64,000 bases of DNA, taken from Eledone cirrhosa (taxonomy: Eukaryota). The position numbers and the translations under genes were made by a program. Positions 52,188 through 64,000 of the stretch are shown here, in pieces; position 1 is the stretch's first letter, and every line of letters begins with the position of its first letter. Location: the NCBI GenBank assembly GCA_964016885.1, contig OZ024741.1:236344001-236408000 (forward strand). Direction: 5' to 3'. The notes below the pieces were generated by a model. The model did not search any database. It was not told the DNA's origin and worked only from the letters and a program-made list of their open reading frames with translations.

Positions 52188-52964
52188 AAATAATTGTTTC
52201 TACTTTAGGCACAAGGCCAGCAATTACCCAGTGTGTTACTGGTACTTTATTTTATCGACCCCGTAAGGATGAAAGGCAAAGTTAACCTCGGCGGGATTTG
52301 AACTCAGAATGGCAAGGGCCGTAACTCTATGCTGCAAAGCATGGTGTCCGACCCTCTACTGATACTGCCAATCCACCGCCCTAAATAATTGTTTCTACTT
52401 TAGGCACAAGGCCAGCAATTACCCAGTGCATTACTGGTACTTTATTTTATCGACCCCGTAAGGATGAAAGGCAAAGTTAACCTCGGCGGGATTTGAACTC
52501 AGAATGGCAAGGGCCGTAACTCTATGCTGCAAAGCATGGTGTCCGACCCTCTACTGATACTGCCAATCCACCGCCCTAAATAATTGTTTCTACTTTAGGC
52601 ACAAGGCCAGCAATTACCCAGTGCATTACTGGTACTTTATTTTATCGACCCCGTAAGGATGAAAGGCAAAGTTAACCTCGGCGGGATTTGAACTCAGAAT
52701 GGCAAGGGCCGTAACTCTATGCTGCAAAGCATGGTGTCCGACCCTCTACTGATACTGCCAATCCACCGCCCTAAATAATTGTTTCTACTTTTGGCACAAG
52801 GCCAGCAATTATTCCAGTGCATTACTGGTACTTTATTTTATCGACCCCGTAAGGATGAAAGGCAAAGTTAACCTCGGCGGGATTTGAACTCAGAATGGCA
52901 AGGGCCGTAACTCTATGCGCCAAAGCATGGCATCCGACACTCTACCAAGACTGCCAATCCACCG
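52188..52964 (-). repeat. Tandem array of four SINE family B units, 195-bp period
   Basis: Unit starts at 52188, 52383, 52578 and 52773. The first three are nearly identical. A further long-variant fragment lies at 53005-53153. Confidence 0.95.
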
Positions 52965-53159
52965 CATGTTTTCTGAACTTCTCTGTAACAACCACAACAA
53001 CAATAATAATGGTTTCTGATTTAGGCACAAGGCCAGCAATTTGGGGGAGGGGAAAGTCGATTAAATCGACTCCAGTACATTACTGGTACTTTATTTTATT
53101 GACCTCAAAAAGATGAAAGGCAAAGCTAACCTCGGCGGGATTTGAATTCAGAACGGGAT

Positions 53160-53680
53160 TTCTTTGTTAGTCATACAGGGTTTACATTAAGAGGACGGTA
53201 CGATGTGGGGTTTTTTGCGTAAAAGAAAGGTTTATAACAATGACTAAGAAAATAAACATTTAAAAAAATCAAACAATAATATCCCCCAGAGTGGGAATAT
53301 CTCCGAGGGCCACACGTGGAAAAAGGCCACAAAAACCCACGGTAACCTTGACCACTGGGCAAGTGCCCTCTCTCAGTTATCCTCCTCTAATTTACAGGCA
53401 TATACTCAGAGCAAGCCCGTTCACTCGGACCATGCTCGCCTCTTTAACCCACCTTTCAAAAAACTGGGTAGGAGGTAGCGTTCCCTTCTCCATCCTGATT
53501 TCTCTCTTCAGGTGAAACCTGAAAAAGTTAATCAACGCGTCACCGAAGAGGAAAGTGCTTGTCTTCAACCCTTTCAAGCCATCGTCATGGCCACCAGGCA
53601 AATAGAAACTGCCTGTCCTTCTTGGTGAGGTGATCTTCATGATGGATTAAGTTGATAGTTGGATCCGTCTCTCACGTGAC
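53160..53680 (-). mobile_element. Degenerate Tx1/L1 3' end
   Basis: LINFFRFHLKREIRMEK..L.PTQFFERWVKEASMVRVNG, matching the 16030-16240 C-terminus. Confidence 0.82.
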
Positions 53681-53715
53681 CTTTTAGCTCACTGTCTTTC
53701 ACAGAAACAAATCAT

Positions 53716-53848
53716 TTGTTTCCGAAGAAGATGGTGAGATGGATCTGGAGTATCGAGACTAATAATATGTGGTTGCATGACTACTATCAATTTGTCACTA
53801 TATCGATTTATCATGATCAATCCACCTTCTGAAACGATCGTAAAACAA
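53716..53848 (+). ncRNA. Hammerhead with long stem II and one core mutation
   Basis: TTGTTT-CCGAAGA-AGATGGTG..GATC...GATC..CACCTTCT-GAAA-C-GATC-G-TA-AAACAA. A 3' half of the same family is at ~20588-20610. Confidence 0.65.
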
Positions 53849-53889
53849 TGAACTGATTAAGTACTAATCTTTGCCTTTTGTTTTCATTG

Positions 53890-53961
<72 letters not shown>

Positions 53962-54129
53962 ATTTTGAAGCTCGTTTAGAATGCACCACGGAATCTAATA
54001 TGACGAAAGCCTACTCATTACTTGATCTCTTTGGAATTATTACTCCACGACTACATGGAGTTCAAACAACGTTATTGGCCCTACTATAAACAGGTAGATA
54101 CCCGTATATACATATAAATACATTCATGC

Positions 54130-54189
<60 letters not shown>

Positions 54190-54239
54190 ACTTAGGAAAA
54201 TTAAGAAAGAGAAGACAAGATAACGAACGAAAACAAGGC

Positions 54240-55275
54240 AATGTGTATCTCGGAAGTACACTTGGTAGAGATGGTACCCTCGATGCTGAAATAGATCACA
54301 GGTTTGGAAAGCGAGTCTTGCCTTCGAGAAACTTGAGAAGTGAGTCTTGTCATATCGGGGTATCACGAGAAACACAAAGCTCTCTGTGTATGAGGCCTGT
54401 GTTCTTACAGCCCTGGCATTTGGATACGAAGCGTAGAAAACTTACAGACATCACACTAGGCAGCTGGAAAGGTTTCATCAATATTGTATCCGCCGCATCC
54501 TGAACATCAATTTGTCCTCTTACACACCTGATGCTGCTGTACTCGAGAAAGCGGCAGCACCATTATTTAGAGGAAGATTATTATGAACCAGGTGTGTTGG
54601 GTTGGTCATGTGGTCTGGATGGAAAATAGAAGGCTTCCTAAGCAATTATTTTATGGAGAGCTGGCCAGAGGAAAAAGGCCACAGTATAAACCAAAGAAGC
54701 AGTTTAGGGATGTCATAAAGGACAATTTTAAATCTCTGAAGATTGATATGGAGAAATGGGAGAGACTGACTGAAGCCCGTACATCATAGAGATTGATCAT
54801 CAAGTATGGATGTGATGTATTTGAGAAAAAAAGCGAGTGGGGAATGCTGTTTTGAAGCGTTCACTCCGAAAGCGAGACCCAAGTGCAGTGCATACAAAAA
54901 TACAGCAGGAATTGAGGTGCAATGAAAAAGACCGATTTCTTCTAACACGAGTTGGATTTGTCAACCATTTGAAATCACACGAGCCACTTCTGATATGTTT
55001 CTACTGCCACGCACTCACTCCACGGCACATTTTCAGTGAGTGTGATTTAATTTGCAAGAGTCAGCTGGTAGACTGATCAGACACGGTAGAATGCATGAAG
55101 ACCCCCCCCCCCCAGTCGGTATTGCCAGAAGACAGACATTTTAAGTGTCACATCTGTGAGCGTGCTTGCAAAACAAAATCGGGTTTGTAAAGTCACCTGC
55201 GTGCACATGATCGTGCAATGTTCAAGAAAGGTATGATACTCTTCTGACAAGAAGTAGCAATCAACAACAACACCA
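54240..55275 (+). mobile_element. Degenerate RTE (BovB-like) LINE 3' part
   Basis: YLGSTL, RQLERFHQYCIRRILNI, WVGHVVWMENRRLPKQLFYGEL..GKR, C2H2-like remnants and a (CAA)n tail. Confidence 0.87.
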
Positions 55276-55359
55276 CACACATATATATTGCCTTATGTTT
55301 GTGTTTCTCTTACATTTCTAAACAATATTTATTAGTAACCACACAGCACCTTGTCTCTT

Positions 55360-55479
<120 letters not shown>

Positions 55480-55496
55480 GTATAGGATTATAGTTC

Positions 55497-55608
55497 TGCT
55501 CTGAGGAAACAGTGGTCACAGCATTGGATATTTGAGTTCTGCAAGTACTTGTGAATTTGCACGTAGCATAACTAGGCTGCAGTACCACCGTGGAAACACT
55601 TGTAAGCA
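55497..55608 (+). ncRNA. Type I hammerhead with long stem II
   Basis: TGCT-CTGAGGA-A-ACAGTGGT...ACCACCGT-G-GAAA-C-ACTT-G-TA-AGCA, in a ~180-bp insert between two (TA)n tracts. Confidence 0.72.
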
Positions 55609-55655
55609 CACGGAATAAATTACCTTTTTATGATGTCTCCCTGTTATTATTCATT

Positions 55656-55708
<53 letters not shown>

Positions 55709-55711
<3 letters not shown>

Positions 55712-58023
55712 AGCGAAATCTGTCCACGTCTTGAACCTTGGGTGACACCTAAAGGTCAAACTCTAGGTCACCACCCTTTTGGTGTGAACAGGTTCCTGCA
55801 TGGGCTATCCCCTCAAGGTGGGAGACAGAAAGCGACAGGTATATAAAGCCTATATTTTCCCACTTTAACACAGAGAGATCGGAGCACTACGATACAGACC
55901 AGCTATGGAAAAATTCCCCGCTATCTACAGGCCACAGTGGTCTACAGTAAATTACAGACTATTACCCCCTTCTCTCTCTCTCCTGGTCGCAGACTAAACC
56001 ATACTCACGACGAGAACGACTACCACGGACTGCATCCACCAACAAACTTTATCTGGTCGCTCGCTGTTTTCACATCAACAACAAAATAACATTGTCAACC
56101 TTCGCAACTCGTGGTAACTTGATTATTGTTCTTTTTGACTCTTGTATATTCTTCTTTTTGACTCAAGTGAAGTAAACCTTTATATATAAAGTAAATCATA
56201 TATTCTTGTTATTTCATCTAATAATCTTGTTATAATCATTCTAACAATTACTACTTATACCCTTCGTTAAATTGGTGACCTGAGGTTAAAAAAAAAAAAA
56301 AAATAATAATCCGAAGTGGTATTAAAAAAAAAAAAGAAAACCACGCAGCTTTTTGATCTGATCATGGCACCTTTTGCCAATTTCAACAACTTTCTCAGCA
56401 ATATATAATTACCAAACTTCTCATCTATATGGTACGATATAATAGAGCTTCACTTTTTCAAATTATTCACCAAACTTCCATTCTACGGAATATTTACAGT
56501 AACTTCGCTTGAACTCATTACCAAACACTTCACCACTTGCTTCGTAATCTCCAACAACAACAATAACAACAACAAACAATACTACTAGCTTCCTAGCAAG
56601 AAAACGATCACATAAAGAAGAGAAAACTGAAGTTTTTGTAAAGAACAATTATATAATTTTTTTTTTTTTTTTTTTACAGGTTATATATGAATGTCATTTT
56701 TATTTTTTTTATTCGTTTTACTGTATTATATGCCTGTATGAATAACACGTTTTGCATCAAACACACATCATTTTCTTTGACACACACCAACATATTTTTG
56801 TCTATGGTATATTCTGGATTCGGTTGGGTCTCAGCGAGATCACTTTTCAACTGGTCGAGGTACGGCAACAGCTATTGAACACAAGAAACTCACCCACGGG
56901 TACTACACGTTTTGACTTACTAAAGCACGCAACTCAAAATTGGACTCACTCATGTCATAGCATAAACCTCGACTCACTGGAAAAGCATCTTACGTATGAT
57001 AATACATCGAGATACAACGGGTCGAGGTACGGCAACAGCTATTAAACACATGATAAACAACCCACGGTTACTACTTGCTTGAACTCACTCAAGCACGCTT
57101 GAACTCACTCAAGCACGCAACTCAAATTTGCACACGTTCATGTCATAGCGTAAACCTCGACTCACTGGAAGAGAATCTTACGTATGATGATACATCGAGA
57201 GAAATAGTCCTCTGTGTTACCATATCGTAATCCGATACTGTAACCCATCCATACACAACACCACGAAATACATATATATTTACAGTTTATTCTAAATGTT
57301 ACACCGTGATACGATATTTTTTTTCTCTCTCCAAATTTCTCTGCACTCGAAATGCGGGCGCAGTACCCACATTTTGTGTGTTTTGGGACACGCTTCTAGA
57401 ATCAGATTTCGTTACCCCTTTTATATTCGATCGCTGCTCCTGCATCGATCTGGGTAGGGAAATAATGTAGCGAAATCTGTCCACGCCTTGAACCTTGGGT
57501 GACGCCTAAAGGTCAAACTCTAGGTCACCACCCTTTTGGTGTGAACAGGTTCCTGCATGGGCTATCCCCTCAAGGTGGGAGACAGAAAGCGACAGGTATA
57601 TAAAGCCTATATTTTCCCACTTTAACACAGAGAGATCGGAGCACTGCGATACAGACCAGCTATGGAAAGATTCCCCGCTATCTACAGGCCACAGTAGTCT
57701 ACAGTCAATTACAGACTATTACCCCCTTCTCTCTCTCCTGGTCGCAGACTAAACCATACTCACGACGAGAACGACTACCACGGACTGCATCCACCAACAA
57801 ACTTTATCTGATCGCTCGCTGTTTTCACATCAACAACAAAATAACATTGCCAACCTTCGCAACTCGTGGTAACTTGATTATTGTTCTTTTTGACTCATGT
57901 TTATTCTTCTTTTTGACTCAAGTGAAGTAAACCTTTATATATAAAGTAAATCATATATTCTTGTTATTTCATCTAATAATCTTGTTATAATCATTCTAAC
58001 AATTACTACTTATACCCTTCGTT
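55709..58023 (+). mobile_element. Non-autonomous Gypsy-like LTR element (LTRs 55709-56271 and 57466-58023)
   Basis: ~560-bp direct repeats with ~10 substitutions. TGTAGCGAA..TTCGTT ends, PBS-like TGGTGACC at 56273, PPT GGGTAGGGAAATAA, TATATAAA in the LTR. No intact ORF. Confidence 0.92.
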
Positions 58024-58081
58024 GTGTTTCTCTTACATTTCTAAACAATATTTATTAGTAACCACACAGCACCTTGTCCCT

Positions 58082-58193
<112 letters not shown>

Positions 58194-58402
58194 CAGCAAA
58201 AAATGCACACAGTTACATAAACACGTACAAAATCATAGTTCCCTCGTCAGTCACCTTGCTGGCAATGCAGTTTCGCGCATTAAGGTAGTACTGCATTTGT
58301 AATGCCAGTTTATGCAGCCGAACGGAGTCCGCTTTGTTGGTGTATAGCATTTAAGACGATAACAAAACAAAGAATAGACAAAAAAATCATATATATATAC
58401 GA

Positions 58403-58517
<115 letters not shown>

Positions 58518-59037
58518 TGCGTGTGTGTATGTGTGTGTGTGATTTATGAAGCACCTAGGATTCCTGATGTTATTACTCGGAGATCCACCATATTATTACA
58601 TAATATTTCTGAAGAGATATTAGTGACAAACCAAAGGATCACCAAACAATAAATTACACACACAGATACACCCGCAAACCTCTCAAGTACATCTTAATTC
58701 GTTTAATTAAGCCATGAATTCACTGTGAGTGTTCTACAACTAATTAGAAATTATTTGAAGCTCTGGCCAATGTTTACGAGAAATTAACGAACGGTTTCGA
58801 CGATAAGTGTCCAGTTGTTCAATCAACGGAAAAGCCCGAGCATTCCACAGACGGATATTCAGCGAGACAATATGCGACAACGCTGGCCCATTAAATTACA
58901 GGTACAATCCATCGAATTAGCTTCCTAATAGTTATGCCAAATGACACGTCCTAAGATTCACCAGTGGTATTGAACCAGGGACGTAATGATTGTGAAACGA
59001 ATTTCTTAACCATTCGGCCAGGCTTTGTTCAACTATA

Positions 59038-59590
59038 TCATCATCATCATCATGTTCCCGCAACTGGTGCAGCCAGTCGTTGGGTGTCACTCTAGATGCC
59101 TTCCGCAGTCAGTCTCTATATTCCGTAATGCGTAGAAGGGTCTCGGTGTTTTGACCAGTCCAGTCTTTGATGTTATCAGACCAAGTTTTCTTTTTTTTTT
59201 TTGTCTTCCTCTGCTTCGCCTTTCCCTCGACTGTGCCATGAAGGTTGATTTTTAGACAAGGAGTTGTGGCGGGATATATGACCATACCAGGCAAGCTTCC
59301 GTCTTTTCATCATCGCAAGGAGTCGTTCACGTCTGTCGGCATATTTGTTAACTTGCTGCTTGACAAAGCTGTTTGTTCTGTGCTCCGTGAATGGGATGTG
59401 TAACAACATTCTGAAGCACTTGTGCTCGAATGATTGAATTCTTCGTTTCATGTCAGCCGTGAGAGTTCAATTCGCACACCGATACAAAACGATCGAAGTC
59501 ACTAAGAACTTGTATAGCTGGAGCTTCCTTGGAAAACTGATGAAATTGCTTTTCCATATGAAAATCAGCTTTACCATAGTAGAAGTGCCC
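59038..59590 (-). mobile_element. Degenerate RTE LINE 3' part
   Basis: RRIQSFEHKCFRMLLHI..EHRTNSFV..RRKLAWYGHISRH..GTVEG..W.DNIKDWTG, with a (TGA)n tail. Confidence 0.9.
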
Positions 59591-59889
59591 AGGCCCGTAT
59601 GCTCCTGATACTATATACATATCGCTAAATATACCCAGTTTACATATTCCCCCAAATATATCAATCTATACGTATCCCATCAAATATGCTCAATTTACCT
59701 AACGACAATATATACCTATCCGACAGGATATGGAAATCATAGCCCCGTGATTAAGAAGTTCGCCTATCACTCACAAGGTACCAAGTTTGATCCTACTGTG
59801 TGGTATCTTTGTCATATGTCGTCTACCCTAGCTTCAGGCTGACGTTGTGAATTGAATTTAGTTAACAGAAACTGTGTGGCAAATAATTC

Positions 59890-60059
59890 CCAACCTTAAC
59901 ATTATCCCTAGCACTAGCCTTAACCCTAGTCCAAACCATATCCATAACCATTGCACTAACTCTAACCCTAACTCTATCCCTAACCCTAACCCTAAACCTA
60001 AACCTAACCCTCTGCCTAACTTACTGTCATGTGTAATGGCACTTACACATGACAGTAAG
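59890..60059. repeat. Degenerate (CCCTAA)n telomere-like tract followed by a 17-bp-arm hairpin
   Basis: CCTAACCCTAACCCTAAACCTAAACCTAACCC, then CTTACTGTCATGTGTAA-TGGCAC-TTACACATGACAGTAAG. Confidence 0.75.
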
Positions 60060-60179
60060 AGTAATTCTGGATGTATTAAATCTTTTGCTTGACCCTTGAT
60101 GATTGTCCCTCTGTAAGAACATTTCCTTTCCTTTTCTCTCATATTGTTATTACGTACTTGTTATCTCGTAGTCAATTCT

Positions 60180-60410
60180 ATGTCCCGAGCCCAGAGACAC
60201 AGCAGACCGGAGCTTTTCCCTGTTTCAGGAGGCACTAAGTGACTGACAGTACAAGATTCTCTCCATTGTAATGTTGCATTTTTTGTCAGCTGAATGAACT
60301 GGAACAACGGGAAATGAAGTATCTTTCGCTAGGAGCCAACACACCACCCGCTCCGAGAATTAAATTCTCGCCCATATGATCGTGAATCCAACACCCTAAC
60401 CACTAATCCA
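60180..60410 (-). mobile_element. Diverged CORE-type SINE
   Basis: Minus strand GGATTAGTGGTTAGGGTGTTGGATTCACGATC head. Confidence 0.6.
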
Positions 60411-60933
60411 CATCATTTTTATATCTTCCTTTTCAAATCCAATCCATTAGAACGCTTTGAGGTATTCGTTCCAGCTCTCTGCACTTTCTGAGTTTAAATC
60501 AGGCCGCGGTTAACTTTGCCTTTCATCTTTTCGAGGTCGATAAAAAACGTTAGTAGTCCAGTACTGGGTCGATTCTTCACCCACATTTTCAGTCTCTTTC
60601 CTCTCTCTGAAAGAAATCAGCTGCGTTCAATCGCCCAAGACACGTAGGAGTTAGGGCCTACACATACATACAAGAACCACTCTCTTTCTCCCCATTTTCT
60701 CCTTCATACTTCTTTGTTTGTTGTTAATTCCTTCTTTATCAGATTTTCTTCACTCATGCTTTCCTCTTTATTCATTTCTAGCTTTCTTTTCTTCGCTCAT
60801 CTTCTCGTCTTCATTCTTTCACTCATTCGTATCTAAGCTCATTCTTTTTTCGCCTGCTTTTCTTCACTATCATTCTTCTCTCTTCGTTCTTTGATTTATT
60901 TCTAAATTCATTCTTTCTCTGTGTGGAGTGCAC

Positions 60934-61140
60934 TGGATTGGTAGAGTCGTTAGAGTGTCGAACAAATGCTTAAGCAGTATATTTGATCGGCTCTTTACGT
61001 TCTGCGTTTAAATCCCGCCGAGGTCAACTTTACTTTTCATCCTTCCGAGGTCGAAAAAAATAAAGTACCAGTCAAGAGCTGGGATCGATATAATCAACTT
61101 GTCCCTCCCTCAAAATATCTGGCCTTCTTTCCATGTTAAA
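60934..61140 (+). mobile_element. Diverged SINE family B (another at ~60440-60570)
   Basis: TTTAAATCCCGCCGAGGTCAACTTTACTTTTCATCCTTCCGAGGTCG. Confidence 0.8.
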
Positions 61141-62699
61141 AACCAGTTTTTCCCTTCTTACATTTATTCACTCTTTTTTTCTTTCATTCTTTTATTTTTT
61201 ATTCCTTGTCTGCTCTCATTCGCTTACTTGCTTCCTTCATTCATTCTCTGTTATTTGTGTTTAAATTCATTCATTCATTCTTCTTCTTCTTCTTCTTCTT
61301 CTTCTTCTTCTTCTTCTTCTTCTTTCCACTTATTGCGGAGAAGGTCGCGGGGGTCAGAAACAACCGTCTCCAAATGATTCAATTGGATCCCCAAGCGAGA
61401 CCAACCGAGGTTATGGATATTGCCCAACCGCCTTGTTCTTGGTTTACCTCCGGGTCGTCTCCCTATCGGCTTTGTCCCCTAAAATCTGTCCTGCGACTCT
61501 TTCCTTTGACATTTTAATCACATGACCGTAGTTCTGGAACTTCTTCATTCGTTTATTTTTTACTCGTTGCCTGCTGTCATTCGACCACCTGTTTCCCAAA
61601 TTCATTCTCTGTTATTCTTACATAAATTCCTTCTTTCTCTGCGTGTTTTCCTCTTCATTCCTTCGTCCTCATACATTCATTCATTTTAATTCCATTCCCT
61701 CTCAACCCAGCTTTTCTATAACCGCTTTATTCCTTATTTCTTTCACATTCCTTTTGAAATTCTTTCTTTTTATTCTTACTCTCTTCCTTTTCCCTCTCTT
61801 TATTCTTTCTTCATATTTCCCTCCCTTCCTTCCTCTCACACTCTTTCCTTACCACATTTTCTCCAGTTTACTTTTTTCTACTTTCCTTCATTTCTTCTTT
61901 TCCTTCCTTACTTCATTCATTTCATTCTTGAAAATATTTTACAATATACCTCTTTCTTTCCTTCCTCCCTTCGTGTTCGTTCTGTTTTCATTCTTTCCCC
62001 GTCATACTTACTCGACTTCCTTCTTCGTTTCCTTTTTTTAACTAATCTCTTTCACTCTTTCTTGCCTTCATATCCACTTCTCCCCCCTTCCCCGTACACA
62101 TCTTTATTTCTTCCTATGTTTCTTGCTTTCCTTCCAATTTCCCTAAATTTCGTTTCCGACAAGGTGTAGAATGACGGTAGTATTGATGATGGATACTGTT
62201 GCTGCCGTTGTTGTTGCTGTAGTTATTGTTTTTAGCCTCAGGTAGGGGTCGATTAAGCTTGCGTGTGGCCCTTCCGTATTATTTATAGTAGCAAAAGAAA
62301 AAAAATAATAATTTGGGTCCCTTTAGATATTGTAAGACTCCTTGTTGCAGCCTAGTCAGCCCCCAACTATCACCACCAACCCACCACTTGGCCATGGTGA
62401 TCCCTGATCCCAAAGATCTATGATAAAAAAAACTGTGACCATCCCATTTCACTTTTAGACAGTATAGCTACACTACATTATCTAATGTTTGTAATGTAAA
62501 AACTCCAACAGACGTTCCAGATATGACAATCCTGCATATTTTCCAGTCTTTGTGTGTCTTGGTCTGCATTATCTAATGTTGGTGCTAATGTGGAATAACC
62601 CAAGGCCAACCTTGATTCAGCAGACCAAGGCGTTCCACCCATGACCAGCTTTCTCCTTTCCACAAATTAATGGCCTTGTGCCTAAATTAGAAATCATCA

Positions 62700-62744
62700 T
62701 TATTATTATTATTAGTAGTGGTGGTGGTAGTAGTAGTGGTGGTG

Positions 62745-62785
<41 letters not shown>

Positions 62786-63900
62786 GGTGGTAGTGGTAGT
62801 AGTAGTAGTAGTAGTAGTAGTAGTCAGAAAGTGTATTTACAGCTATATTACCCAATTGTCCATCGCATTTTAAGACAGTTGGGTATGATTCGAGGGAGAT
62901 TTGGCTGCTATTTGTAGCAGATTGAGAGTGCACGTAGAGACTTTTGTTTGTTCGTTCATGCTACCGGTGGTGATGGGAATGGTTGTGGTGGCTTAACAAG
63001 GTTGAGGTGATGGTGGTTTGTAGTGGCGTTAATGGTGGAGATAACGTGGCTGTACTAATGGTGGTGATGCTGCTGGTGGTAATGATGTTTTTTATGGTGG
63101 AATAACATAGTTGTGGTTGCGGTGATAGTTGATGGTGGTGGTGAATGTGGTGGGATAACTAAGATGTTAAGGTGGTGGCGATGATGGGACACCACCGTCA
63201 TATTGGTGATAGATCGGTAATAGAGCTAGTGATGTTGTTTAGACCCAGGTCAGCCCTGATACAACATAATTGTGATCAAATGCCCTACAGCTATTGACCA
63301 TTCGGACTCGTGTAAGTCTTCTTGTTTAAGCAGTTGGTCGTGATTTAAAGTCGAAGGATTACGTAGAGAGTTTGATGATGGACATTGTGATGATAATGAC
63401 GATGATGATGGTAGTGGTAACGGTATAATTGATGGAGTGGCGGGAGCGGCTGTTGCATGAAGTGAGCGACGGCGGAAGAGGTAATGATCATAATGGTGAT
63501 GGTGGTGGTGGTGGCGGAAGCGACGGTAGCAATGATAGTGGGTTGGATGGTGGTGGCGATGACTAGAAATGATAATTTATTAGACTACATGGAAGCGGTG
63601 CAAATGCCCCGTTATAAAAAACATCCGCCTTCACAGCAGCTTGTACATAAAATAAATAAATAAAAACTCCAGATCCATTCAGTTGCTACTGCTGCTGTTG
63701 TTGGTATGGTTGTTGCGCCTATAGCCCCACCACCACTATCACTACAACCATCATCATCACAATCACCACCGCCAATAATAACACCAACAGCAGCACGACC
63801 ACTATCACAACCAAAACCTCCACCAGCGTCACCACCACCATCCCAACCATTGCCACCGCCACTCTCCTCCACCATCTCACCACTGCTTCATTGATATATT
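62700..63900. repeat. Degenerate (GGT/AGT/GAT)n then (ACC)n trinucleotide low-complexity region
   Basis: Visible triplet repeats. Strand polarity flips near 63720. Confidence 0.8.
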
Positions 63901-64000
63901 ATTACATAACTTTAAATTGGGGTTAATTATTTCAATACCCAACTACACCTACCCTTCCCTAACCATAAACACTATCAACAAACACATACTTACATACTGT

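Noticed and set aside
63612-63894. Gly-rich and Pro-rich ORFs
   Set aside because: Products of degenerate (GGT/ACC)n repeats. No splice or domain support.

Overview
Eukaryotic, gene-poor (intergenic or intronic) DNA. It is AT-rich, saturated with (TA)n/(CA)n/(GA)n/(TAGA)n/(ATGT)n microsatellites, and has one 200-N gap. The repeat landscape suggests an octopus/cephalopod genome (inference). I could not support any host protein-coding exon. Recognisable content is transposon-derived: Penelope-like element (PLE) RT and GIY-YIG remnants, Tx1/L1, RTE and CRE LINE fragments, two tRNA-derived SINE families, Helitrons, mariner, hAT, pogo-like and Merlin (ISXO2) elements, and a small non-autonomous LTR element. 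The main signal is absent from the ORF track. About 13 near-intact, plus several degenerate or half, type-I hammerhead ribozyme motifs of many different sequence families lie in short non-coding PLE pLTR-like inserts beside (TA)n tracts. Many are inside fold-back inverted repeats, and several fold-backs break at ribozyme stem II. Other notable structures are (TCTA)n-targeted Tx1 insertions, a Merlin fold-back MITE with a 9-bp TSD, a Helitron nest in a 27-bp minisatellite, and an inverted tandem SINE array. All folds and alignments were done by eye, so the edges of degenerate elements are approximate.
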